Assembly: GCA_043779265.1 (NCBI GenBank)
Contig: JAYWEM010000069.1
Span: 1 to 43,394, forward strand
Source of the DNA: a bacterium
Lineage (GTDB): Bacteria > Eisenbacteria > RBG-16-71-46
Direction: 5' to 3'
DNA length: 43,394 nt
Part shown: in pieces, positions 28,610-37,800 of the stretch
Position numbering within the stretch: position 1 is the stretch's first letter
How the letters are laid out: every line of letters begins with the position of its first letter
Made by a program: the position numbers and the translations under genes
Notes under the pieces: model-generated
What the model was told of the DNA's origin: nothing
Databases searched by the model: none
Seen by the model: only the letters and a program-made list of their open reading frames with translations

Positions 28610-29197
28610 ATGTCGCTCGTGCTGGGTCTCGGAAATCCTGGAGAACGCTACGCAACCACACGGCACAACGTCGCCTGGTGGGTCTTGGATCTCCTCGCCG
28701 AACGCGGTGCGGCGGTCGAACTCGAGCCTCACGCGCTCTACCGGGCGCGGCTCGCCTCGATCGAAGGGAAGTCGCTCGTGCTGTTGCAGCCACTCACGTT
28801 CATGAACCTGAGTGGGGACGCTCTCGCGGAATGGGAGCGACGGCATGGAGCGGTGTCAGGACAGTGGATGGCGGTGACTGACGACGTGTACCTGCCGGTG
28901 GGGGCGCTGCGCCTCCGCGCGCAGGGTTCGAGCGGCGGTCATCGGGGACTCGAGAGCCTCGAATCCTCGGTCGGTTCGCGGGACTTCCCGCGGATGAGAC
29001 TGGGAGTCGGGGAGGCAGATGAAGCAGCCGGTCTGCGGTCCCATGTGCTGGAGACGTTCTCACCGGAAGAGCTTCCGGTGATGCAGGAAGGAGTCCGCCT
29101 CGCGGCGGACGCGATCGAGTGCTGGCTCCACGAAGGTTGGGACAGCGCCATGAACCGATTCAATCGCAGGGTGAAGAAGGAGGAACCGAAACCGTGA
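28610..29197 (+). CDS. pth: Peptidyl-tRNA hydrolase
   Basis: GLGNPGERYATTRHN, PLTFMNLSG, GSSGGHRGL, RMRLGVG motifs. Confidence 0.96.
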   Translation: MSLVLGLGNPGERYATTRHNVAWWVLDLLAERGAAVELEPHALYRARLASIEGKSLVLLQPLTFMNLSGDALAEWERRHGAVSGQWMAVTDDVYLPVGALRLRAQGSSGGHRGLESLESSVGSRDFPRMRLGVGEADEAAGLRSHVLETFSPEELPVMQEGVRLAADAIECWLHEGWDSAMNRFNRRVKKEEPKP

Positions 29198-29544
29198 CCC
29201 GATACGAGACTGTGTACGTCCTCGATCCGAGTTTCGACGAGACGATGATGAGCGAGATGGCCGACAAGGTCAGCACCTGGATCAAGGACCTGGGCGGCGA
29301 GATCGTCGAAGTGCAGAAGTGGGGCAAGCGCCGCTTGGCGTACGAGATCATGAAGAAGCGCGACGGCGTCTACACGTTGTTCGTGTGGGACGGCGGCGGC
29401 CCGATGGTCAAGGAAGTCGAGCGTCGCATGGGACTCGAGGAGAGTCTGCTGCGTATCCTCACCACCATCTATGTTCCGCCGGAGCTGTCGCAGGGCATCG
29501 TCGACGGCGAAGGTGGCTCGAACTCGGACGACTCGGACGACTGA
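29194..29544 (+). CDS. rpsF: 30S ribosomal protein S6
   Basis: RYETVYVLDP, WGKRRLAYEI, acidic tail; GTG start with AGGAGG SD. Confidence 0.96.
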   Translation: MTRYETVYVLDPSFDETMMSEMADKVSTWIKDLGGEIVEVQKWGKRRLAYEIMKKRDGVYTLFVWDGGGPMVKEVERRMGLEESLLRILTTIYVPPELSQGIVDGEGGSNSDDSDD

Positions 29545-29622
29545 GCGGCGACTGCCGCTGCTCGCCGCGCGCCTGCTGACTTCCGGCGTGCGCGGGGGAC
29601 TTGAAACCACTGTGAGGAGACG

Positions 29623-29865
29623 ATGGCCAAGGAACGTGAGAGCAAAGGGCTGAAGAAGAAGTTCTGCAAGCTGTGCATCGAGAAGGTCGGATTCATCGAC
29701 TACAAGGACGACAAGCGTCTGGGCCGCTTCATCACGGATCGTGGCAAGATGGTTCCCCGTCGTGTCTCGGGCACGTGCGCGATGCACCAGAAGCAGCTGA
29801 CGACCGCGATCAAGCGGGCGCGGTTGCTGGCGCTGATCCCGTTCACCAGTGACTTCTATCGCTGA
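29623..29865 (+). CDS. rpsR: 30S ribosomal protein S18 (Zn-binding Cys form)
   Basis: [37 protein letters not shown]. Confidence 0.97.
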   Translation: MAKERESKGLKKKFCKLCIEKVGFIDYKDDKRLGRFITDRGKMVPRRVSGTCAMHQKQLTTAIKRARLLALIPFTSDFYR

Positions 29866-30841
29866 CACTCCGCGACGCACACACCCGCTGGTGCTGTTCC
29901 GACTCGCCCTGCTGACGCTGCTGTTCAGCTGGCTGGCCCAGGGCACGCCGGGGACTTGGGGTGTGATGTGGTTCGCGGTGCCGGTCACGGTCGCGGTCTC
30001 GCTGCTCGTCGCATGGCGTTTCGGCCGCGCGGCGTTGGCGATCCCGCTGCTGTTGGCGGGCGGACTGATCGGGGCATGGGCGGGGCTGTTCGGGCCGCAC
30101 TTCTCGCTCTGGATCATCGGTTGGATCCCGGCCGCTTCGGTGGTCGGGGTGTGGATGGGGTTGAGGGAGGAAGGTGGCGGTCCCGGGTACGGCGAGCGCG
30201 TCTGGATGTTGGCGCCGTTCGTGCTGCTCGTGGCCTCGATCAGCCTCGCACCGGACTTCCGTCCGGCCCTCGACCGGGCGTGGTCGCGTGCGCAGAGCTC
30301 GGCTCTGGCCGAACTGCGGCGCGAGGGAGTGGCGGAGAAGCAGGTGACCGATTTGGAACGAACCATGCAGAAGCAGGATCCGGATGTGCGTCGCGTGCTT
30401 CCCTACGTGATGCCCAGCCTGCTCGTGTTCTGGATGGCGCTCCTGACGGCGGCGGGGCGCGGTCTCGCACGCGCGATCGGAGGGCGGCTCGGTTGGCCGG
30501 CACTCTCGGCGGCGCCGTTCCTGCGCCTTCGATTGCCGGACGCCGCACTGGTTCCGGTCATCGGTGGACTCGCTTTGGCGCTGCTCGCGGATCGCTCGTT
30601 CATGCCCTGTGCGCTGGCGCTGCTGGTCCCCAGTGCACTGGGGTATAGTCTGCAAGGTCTTGCGGTTCTCGTTTCGCTTCTGCTGACGCGCGGCATTCCG
30701 CCGGCGCTCGCTGCCATCATCATCATGGGTTTACTCGCACTCACGACTCAGGCGTTCATTCCGTCCCTGGCCCTCGTCGGCCTCACGGATGCATGGATCG
30801 ACCTGCGCAAGCTCGAATCTCCCGCGGACCGGGAGAAATAG
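29849..30841 (+). CDS. DUF2232/YybS-family membrane protein
   Basis: Multi-TM; LQGLAVL and [13 protein letters not shown]-terminus; usual position between rpsR and rplI. Start codon uncertain. Confidence 0.8.
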   Translation: MTSIADTPRRTHPLVLFRLALLTLLFSWLAQGTPGTWGVMWFAVPVTVAVSLLVAWRFGRAALAIPLLLAGGLIGAWAGLFGPHFSLWIIGWIPAASVVGVWMGLREEGGGPGYGERVWMLAPFVLLVASISLAPDFRPALDRAWSRAQSSALAELRREGVAEKQVTDLERTMQKQDPDVRRVLPYVMPSLLVFWMALLTAAGRGLARAIGGRLGWPALSAAPFLRLRLPDAALVPVIGGLALALLADRSFMPCALALLVPSALGYSLQGLAVLVSLLLTRGIPPALAAIIIMGLLALTTQAFIPSLALVGLTDAWIDLRKLESPADREK

Positions 30842-30852
30842 GAGAGACTCCG

Positions 30853-31296
30853 ATGGACGTGATCCTTCTCGACGACATGAAGGGCGTGGGCCAGAAGGGC
30901 GACACGATCAGCGTCAAGCCCGGCTTCGCGCGCAACTACCTCCTGCCGCGCAAGCTCGCGATCTCCGCGGGCTCGAAGGCAGGCAATCTGTATCTCGAAT
31001 TGGCGCGTCAGCGTGATGTGCAGTCCGACAAGTTGATCGTGGCCGCCAAGCAGGAAGCCGCCAAGTTCGAAGGTGTCCAGGTCGACATCAAGGCGCAGGC
31101 GAACGAAGAGGACACGCTGTTCGGCTCGATCACGAACGCCGATGTGGCCGATGCCCTCGCCGCTGCCGGCCACGTCGTGGACAAGCGTCGCGTCGAGGTG
31201 CCGGATCACATCAAGCAGCTCGGCCACTACGATGCCACCGTGCGTTTCTTCGGCGGCGTGACTGCGACCGTGAAGATCTGGGTGGTGCGGGCATGA
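30853..31296 (+). CDS. rplI: 50S ribosomal protein L9
   Basis: MDVILL..G..GD..VKPGFARNYLLP, LFGSIT, IKQLG motifs. Confidence 0.97.
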   Translation: MDVILLDDMKGVGQKGDTISVKPGFARNYLLPRKLAISAGSKAGNLYLELARQRDVQSDKLIVAAKQEAAKFEGVQVDIKAQANEEDTLFGSITNADVADALAAAGHVVDKRRVEVPDHIKQLGHYDATVRFFGGVTATVKIWVVRA

Positions 31297-32540
31297 AGCG
31301 CGCGCGGCTCTTCGGTCTGACTCTCGCTCTCCTGGTGATGGGTGCGGTCTCTCTAATGGCCGCGCCTGCGAAGCAGTCGCCCAAGCGCGGCACGCGTGCT
31401 CTGGCACCCGAGGATTCGAACGCCGTGCTGGTCAAGGTCGGCTCTCACGGCATCACGCGCCGCACCCTCGAGAAGCGCCTGCAGGAGATCCCCGAGCAGT
31501 ATCGTGCGTCGTACGCGACGCCCGAGGGTCGGCAGCAGTTGCTCGACCGGCTCGTCGAGGAGCGGCTCTGGTTGCAGGATGCCGAGACCAACGGTCTCGA
31601 GAAGCGCGAGGGGATCCAGACGCAGCTCTCCCAGCAGCGTCGCGACCTCCTGATCCGCACCTGGGTCAACGAGGTGATGGCCGCGAATCCGGCACCGAGC
31701 GATGAGGATGCCCAGGCGTACTACGATTCGCATCAAGAGGAGTTCAAGACCCCGGCCACCGTCACGCTGCGGCACATCCTGCTCAAGAAGGAAGCCGACG
31801 CGAAGAAGGTGCTGCTGCTCGCACGCGCCAAGGGTGCCGACTGGAACAAGCTCGTCACGCAGTGGACGGCCGACACGCTGACCCGCACCAACGGCGGCTC
31901 GCTCGGCACGGTGACCCGCGAGGGTGCGTTCGCGTCCATCGGTTCGCAGCCCGCGCTCGCCGAGGCGGCGATCGCGCTGGGCGACGGCGGGATCGGCGGC
32001 CCCCACTCGACCGACCGCGGCTTCCACGTGCTCAAGGTCGAGCGCGTGACGCCCGATGGCGTGCGCAGCCTGGATCAGGTCAAGAGCTTCATCGTCCGCC
32101 AGATCGGCCAGCAGAAGCAGCAGCAGCACTACCAGGACGCACTCGCCAAGACGCGCGCCCGCATCGGCGTCACGCCGGACTCCGCGGTGATCCGCTCTTA
32201 CGTGAGCGCCAAGAAGTCGGCGCGCGAGATGTTCCAGGACGCCCAGAACGCGGGCGCTCCCGAGGCGCGCATCGCCGCGTACCGTGGCGTTGTCGAGGCG
32301 TGGCCCGATGCCGAGGTCACGCCGCAGGCGCTGTTCATGGTGGGATTCATCCAGTCCGAGGAGCTGCAGCAGCACGATGAGGCGGAGAAGGCGTTCCGCG
32401 AACTGCTGCGCCGCTATCCGAAGTCGGAGCTGACGGCATCGGCGACCTGGATGATCGAGCACATGCGCACCCAGGATGCGCCGGACTTCATGCAGGCCGG
32501 CACGGACACGACACAGACCGCGGGAGCCAAGGGTCGGTGA
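31293..32540 (+). CDS. Exported parvulin-type peptidyl-prolyl isomerase with C-terminal TPR/BamD-like repeats
   Basis: Signal peptide; RHILLK, NGGSLG, GFHVLKV; C-terminal YRGVVEAWPD..ALFMVGF..FRELLRRYPKS. Confidence 0.85.
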   Translation: MKRARLFGLTLALLVMGAVSLMAAPAKQSPKRGTRALAPEDSNAVLVKVGSHGITRRTLEKRLQEIPEQYRASYATPEGRQQLLDRLVEERLWLQDAETNGLEKREGIQTQLSQQRRDLLIRTWVNEVMAANPAPSDEDAQAYYDSHQEEFKTPATVTLRHILLKKEADAKKVLLLARAKGADWNKLVTQWTADTLTRTNGGSLGTVTREGAFASIGSQPALAEAAIALGDGGIGGPHSTDRGFHVLKVERVTPDGVRSLDQVKSFIVRQIGQQKQQQHYQDALAKTRARIGVTPDSAVIRSYVSAKKSAREMFQDAQNAGAPEARIAAYRGVVEAWPDAEVTPQALFMVGFIQSEELQQHDEAEKAFRELLRRYPKSELTASATWMIEHMRTQDAPDFMQAGTDTTQTAGAKGR

Positions 32541-33067
32541 AAGCAGTCGAGGCTCGAGTCCACGGGCTCGTCGTCGAACAGGACAGCGGGCAGCACGTGG
32601 TGATCCTCCGAGAACTCGATGGGCCGAGGATCCTGCCCATCTGGATCGGACCCGGCGAAGCGCTGGCCATCCAGCGGCTGATCGCCGGGGATCCGTTCCC
32701 TCGGCCGCTGACCCACGACCTCGTCGCCCTGATCGTCGAGGGCCTCAAGGCTCGCGTCACCCGCGTGGTCATCGCCGATCTGAGGGAGAGCACGTTCCAC
32801 GCCTCGCTCTTCATCGAGCGCGACAGCCAGGTCCTGAGCATCGACGCGCGGCCCTCGGATTCGATCGCGGTGGCGCTGCGGACCAAGGCGCCGTTGTTCG
32901 TGAACGAGGAACTGCTCCAGCTGCCCCCCAAGCCGCCGGCGGAGAAGCCCGAGGCGGCAGGTCCGACCGAGCCCGAGCGCGAGCTGACCGACGAGGAGAA
33001 GGCCGAGCGCCTGCGCCGCATGTTGGAGAAGCTGGACCCCGAGGACTTCGGGAAGTTCAAGATGTGA
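32537..33067 (+). CDS. Bifunctional nuclease family protein (DUF151)
   Basis: LPIWIGPGEA, RPLTHDL, IDARPSDSIAVALR motifs. Confidence 0.92.
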   Translation: MKAVEARVHGLVVEQDSGQHVVILRELDGPRILPIWIGPGEALAIQRLIAGDPFPRPLTHDLVALIVEGLKARVTRVVIADLRESTFHASLFIERDSQVLSIDARPSDSIAVALRTKAPLFVNEELLQLPPKPPAEKPEAAGPTEPERELTDEEKAERLRRMLEKLDPEDFGKFKM

Positions 33068-34476
33068 GGTCGCTCGCCCGGCATGTGGTGGTCCTCGTCC
33101 TGCTCGGCGCGTGCGCACTCACCGGCGTGGCGGACCCGGCACGCGCGGCGTTCTCGCCGCCCACCTCCCGGCTCGCGGCCGACCTGCTCGCGACCACGCC
33201 GGGCGGACGCGACCGCAACCGTGCGCTCGCCGCATGGGCCAAGCGCGCTTCCTTCGACGACGTGCTGTGGGTGCTGCGTCATGGCCCCGAGCTGCTCGGT
33301 TCGGCTGAAGCCGTGCTTGTCGAGGTGGCGCTCAAGCGCGTGCCGCGCGATCGCATGGGACTCGCTCGCCAGCTGCGACTGCGTGCCGCGCTACTCGAGC
33401 CCGAGGACGCCAAGAAGGGCCTCGCACGCGCCGACCTCGAGCGATTGAGGCCGCGCGCTTCCGTGTTCCGGATCGCGCTGCTGCTGCCCGACACTGGGGA
33501 CTACTCGGACTTCGCGACCAGCGTGCATCGCGGCGTCCTGGCCGGCGTGGCCTTCGATCGCTCGGCGACGGCGCCACCGCTCGAGGTGGTGCGCGTCGGC
33601 ACCGGTGATGAAGACGTCGCACGCGCCATTGCGGCCTATGACTCGGTGAGCCGGCGCTGCGCCGTCACCATCGGCACGCTCCTCAGCGTGCCCACTCTGG
33701 CGATCGCGGCGGCCTCGAGGGCACTGTCGGCCCCGCTCATCTCGCCGACGGCGACCGATGAATCGATCGGACGAGTCGGCGCGAGCATCTCGCAGGTCGG
33801 GCCCGGGCAGCGCGAGCGCGCTCGCGTCCTGGCGAGGGCCTCGGTCGCGGCGGGTCAGCGCGTGGCACTGGTCGGCAATCGCCGGGCGATGCAGGGCGAG
33901 TTCGCGCGCAGCTTCGTCGCCGAGGCCGAGTCGCTCGGCGCCGACATCGTGAGGCGCGAACTCTACGCGGAGGGTGGCGGCGACTTCCGTGCGATCGCCC
34001 GTTCGCTCAAGGCGGCGCAGGTCCAGGTGGCGTTCTGGGACGGCGAGCCGCGCGAGGCCGAGGGGTTGGTGCGCCATCTGGCTGGCGAGAGCGTGAAGCT
34101 CCAGTTGGTCGGCGGTTCCGCACTGGCGCCCGAACAGCACCACGCCAACATGCGCGCCCTGTTCGAGGGCGCGCTGTGGGTGGGCGAGGACTGGTTGCTG
34201 AGCGCCGAGTTGACGACGATCGTCGATTCGCTCGCACGCGCGCAGGGGGAGTCCGAGGGCGCCGGTTCGTTGTGGATCCGCGGATTTCTCGCCGGCCGCC
34301 GCGTTGCCAAGGTGATCGACTCCGGCGCTCGCACGGGTGAGGCGGTGACGCGCGGGTTGATCCATCCCGATCCGGCGCTGCGAGTGAGCGGGTTCCTCGA
34401 CTGCCGCCGAGACGGCGCGCGACTCCCGGTGTTCACGGCCAAGCGCAATCGCGCGGTGGAGTGGGCGGGGCGGTAG
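33064..34476 (+). CDS. Exported periplasmic-binding-protein type 1 fold protein (LpoA/LppC or LivJ-like)
   Basis: GTG start overlapping the upstream stop; signal peptide; RIALLLPDTGDYS..G, IGTLLS, PLISPTAT, DFRAI motifs. Confidence 0.7.
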   Translation: MRSLARHVVVLVLLGACALTGVADPARAAFSPPTSRLAADLLATTPGGRDRNRALAAWAKRASFDDVLWVLRHGPELLGSAEAVLVEVALKRVPRDRMGLARQLRLRAALLEPEDAKKGLARADLERLRPRASVFRIALLLPDTGDYSDFATSVHRGVLAGVAFDRSATAPPLEVVRVGTGDEDVARAIAAYDSVSRRCAVTIGTLLSVPTLAIAAASRALSAPLISPTATDESIGRVGASISQVGPGQRERARVLARASVAAGQRVALVGNRRAMQGEFARSFVAEAESLGADIVRRELYAEGGGDFRAIARSLKAAQVQVAFWDGEPREAEGLVRHLAGESVKLQLVGGSALAPEQHHANMRALFEGALWVGEDWLLSAELTTIVDSLARAQGESEGAGSLWIRGFLAGRRVAKVIDSGARTGEAVTRGLIHPDPALRVSGFLDCRRDGARLPVFTAKRNRAVEWAGR

Positions 34477-34610
34477 CGGAGACGACAGACTCGTCGCGCG
34501 CAGTTCGACCTACAGTGAAATCGTTACCACCATTTGCGCGAGTGCGTGGAGAAGGATGGAGTAGGGTGGCGTAGAACCGTCGGAACGGCGCGATTCCGTC
34601 CACTATTCCC

Positions 34611-34639
34611 TTGATTGCGCGTTCCCTCGCACATACACT
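34611..34639 (+). promoter_or_regulatory. Putative sigma70 promoter for the oxidase operon
   Basis: TTGATT 34611-34616, 17-bp spacer, TACACT 34634-34639. Confidence 0.65.
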
Positions 34640-34866
34640 CGAAGTAGCCGACCGGCCGCCCGAACCGGGGCGCTCCCAGCGGAGCCGCCACTCGAACGGT
34701 TTGGGCTGACTCCACTCCAACTGGGTGGAGCCGAGCAGTGGATGGCGCCAGCGAGCCTTGCCACGCGGGGGACTCGCGGCGCGGATGACGAGGGGGTCGT
34801 CATGAACTACCGAGTCCGAGTTCTGGGGAACAGGACCGAGATGCGTTCCGACATGCCGAGGAAGTT

Positions 34867-34877
34867 GGGGGGGGGGG
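34867..34877 (+). repeat. Poly-G tract (G11) in the signal-peptide coding region
   Basis: 11 consecutive G. ATGs at 34802/34841/34853 read into TAG 34880-34882; G12 or G9 would fuse them to the 1432-aa ORF. Confidence 0.9.
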
Positions 34878-34893
34878 CGTAGCGCTGGCTTCA

Positions 34894-37800
34894 ATGGCCG
34901 CGGCGGTCCTCCTTATGAGTGCGAGCGGGGATGATGCAAGAGCTCAGTCGCAGACCACTCCGTACTCGACCTACGGATTCTGGCAAGATGCGGGTCATCA
35001 GGGTGTGGTCGGCACGCACGTCGCCGTGATGCGCGACCCCGAGGATGACTCGACGAAGGTGTTCCTCTTCGGCGGCTCGGGCGTGAACCAGGTCATGCGC
35101 GCGTTCGCCTTCAAGCCCGGCCAGAACGCCGTCTTGCCCTCCTCGTCGAACCTCATCCCCGTTCCGCACCCTGCCGGCGACGTGACCCTGCTTGACCTCT
35201 TCTGCGCCGGCCATGTTGTGCTGCCGGATGGCCGGATGCTGCTTGTCGGTGGTGAGGCATGGTCGCCGCTGGGGATCGAACAGGGCTTCCGATTCGACCC
35301 GCGCTACCCGAGCAGCTCGGTGACGAATCCGTGGACGAGCATCGCGTCGATGGCGCAGGAGCGCTGGTACCCGACGCTGACGGTGCTGCCGAGCGGCAAG
35401 GTGCTCGCCAACTCGGGCAACATGAACACGTACATGCTCTCGATGGGCGGCGAGGACAGCCTCGGGGCGCTCAACGACTCGCTGCATCACCTTGCGGTGA
35501 CCAACCGTTCGTACTGGATGAGCAACTCGAACGCGGGGACTCGGCCGCCGGCGCGCAAGGACCATGGGTTCATCGGGGACGCCGACCGCGGCATCGTGTT
35601 CGGTGGCCAGGGGGTGAGCGCCCGGCTCGGCGACGTCTGGTACATGGTGCGGAACTCGGCGACGGACTCCAGTTGGAGTTGGCAGCAGATGATACCGCTG
35701 AGTGTGGCGACCCGGGGCAGACCGGTGGCGAGGAGCCGCCACACGTTCACCCCGAAGCGCAACGGCACGGAGATCGGCGGCTACGTATTCGGGGGTCGAG
35801 ACTCGGCCACTGGGGCGGCGATGCGAGATCTCTGGTATGGGCGCCGACCCGGTGGCAGCGCCAACTGGGAATGGACGAACCTGACGCCCGAACCGCTGCC
35901 CTCGAATTGGCCAAGCGCCCGCTACGGCCACGCGGCGGTCCTCGATCCGGGGCCTCCGGGCTCGAGTCGGCCCCGCCTGTTGATCTTCGGTGGGCGCGAA
36001 GAGGGCGGGAGTCTCGCCAGCAACGAGGTGTGGGCGTTCGACACCGTCGCCGCTGCGTTCTACCGGCCACCGATCGGCACGCCCGAGGGCGCCCCCGAGG
36101 CGCGCGAGGGTCATGTGGCGATTTACGAGTCCTGCGAGGGCGCATGCCAGCGAAGCATCTACCACTCGACCATCCCGGCGCGGCGGATGACGTTCTTCGG
36201 CGGGCAGGGCGCCTCCTCGCTCCTAGGCGACCTATGGGGCCTTTGGCGGGCGGATCTGAACCCGACCGACACGACGTACACCTGGGACGCGATGGTGCTG
36301 TCGGGGGCGCAGGGCACGGCGCCCTCGGGTAGGACGCGCATGGCCGGCGTGTACGACCAGTGGGGCGACCGCCTGCTGCTCTTCGGTGGTGACACGACCA
36401 GTGCAGGCAGCCCGAGCGGGGTCATCGATACGGTCGTCGCGTTCGAACTGCGGGATGCGATCACCAGCTCGTTCACACGCTGGAACTCGCCTGGCATGCG
36501 CACGCCGCGCTTCGCGAGCCACAACCGCCCGAAGGCGAGGGCGGGGCACGCAGCGATGGTGGACGCGCAGCCGCGCGTCGCGAGGTTCCCCGAGGTGTTC
36601 GATCCGAGTTCGGGGAGCGCGGGGAGCTGGGTGACGGCGCATGTAGCGACCAATGATCCGCCCAAGATGGAGCTCTACCCGCTGATGTTCGTGCTGCGGA
36701 GTGGCAAGGTCTTCCACGGCGGACCGCGCGACCATGGCGACCAGTACAAGTACCTGTTCGATCCGGGCACGAACCTGTGGGACGCGGCGACGCACAGCTC
36801 CAACTACTCGGGCTCCTCTGCGGCGATGTTCAAGCCGGGCTTCATCCTGCGGGGCGGCACCCACAGCGACGGGGACCGTGTATCCGGCGACAACAAGTCC
36901 GATTCAGTCTCTTTCGAGGGGAGTGCGACGTCTGGGTGGCATTCGATCAACCCAGGAACGCACGGCAATCTGGGAGTTCGCGCCAACAACAACCTGACAC
37001 TGCTTCCCACTGGCGATGTCGTGGCGACCGGCGGCCTGTCCGGCACGGTTCTCACGAGTGCTTACAAGGCGCCGCGGATCTGGAGTGCGACGACCGGGGC
37101 GTGGTCGGGCTTCGACCTCAACCCGGACCCCCACCCCCGCAACTACCATTCGACGGCGATTCTGCTACCGGACGGGCGGGTGCTGTCGACCGGGGGCGAG
37201 AAGAACAACCAGGATCTGAGCAACGACTTCCGCTTCCGCATCAGCGTGTTCGAGCCGCCCTACCTGTTCGACGGCAACAGCCTCGCGACACGGCCGTCGC
37301 TCACGAGCCCAGGATTGGCCGACACGATCGGCCCCTCGCAGCGGTTCACGGTGTGCACGCCGCAGGCCGCCACCATCTCATCGGTGGCGCTGGTCAAGCC
37401 GGGGGCGGCGACGCACGGGTTCAACCAGGACCAGCGCTACGTGCCGCTCGCGTTCACGCGCGTGACCGGCGCGAACCCGCGGCTGTACGTCACGGCCCCG
37501 CCCGACGTGAACCACGCCCCGCCGGGCGAGTACCTGCTCTTCGTGGTGGATTCAGCGGGCGTGCCACAGGGCAAGAACCGCGTTCCCTCGGTGGGGCGCT
37601 GGATGCGGATGCACCCGAGCGCCGGCCTCGACGACTGCGATGCCACCCGGCCCGGCAAGGTCACCGCGCTCAACGCCTGCCACGACCACGAGACCAACAC
37701 GGTCAACTTCGAGTGGGTGTCGCCGCCCGAGGACTCGGCGGTCACGGGCTCTGGCCCGGGCACGGCGTTCTCGCTGCGCTACAGCACCTCGAGCATCTCC

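Noticed and set aside
29545..29622. Missing ssb between rpsF and rpsR
   Set aside because: rpsF-rpsR-rplI without ssb is common in several phyla; the spacer shows only small hairpins.
34640..34800. Assignment of the leader to a c-di-GMP or other known riboswitch
   Set aside because: I could not match conserved core nucleotides by eye; reported only as an unassigned structured leader.
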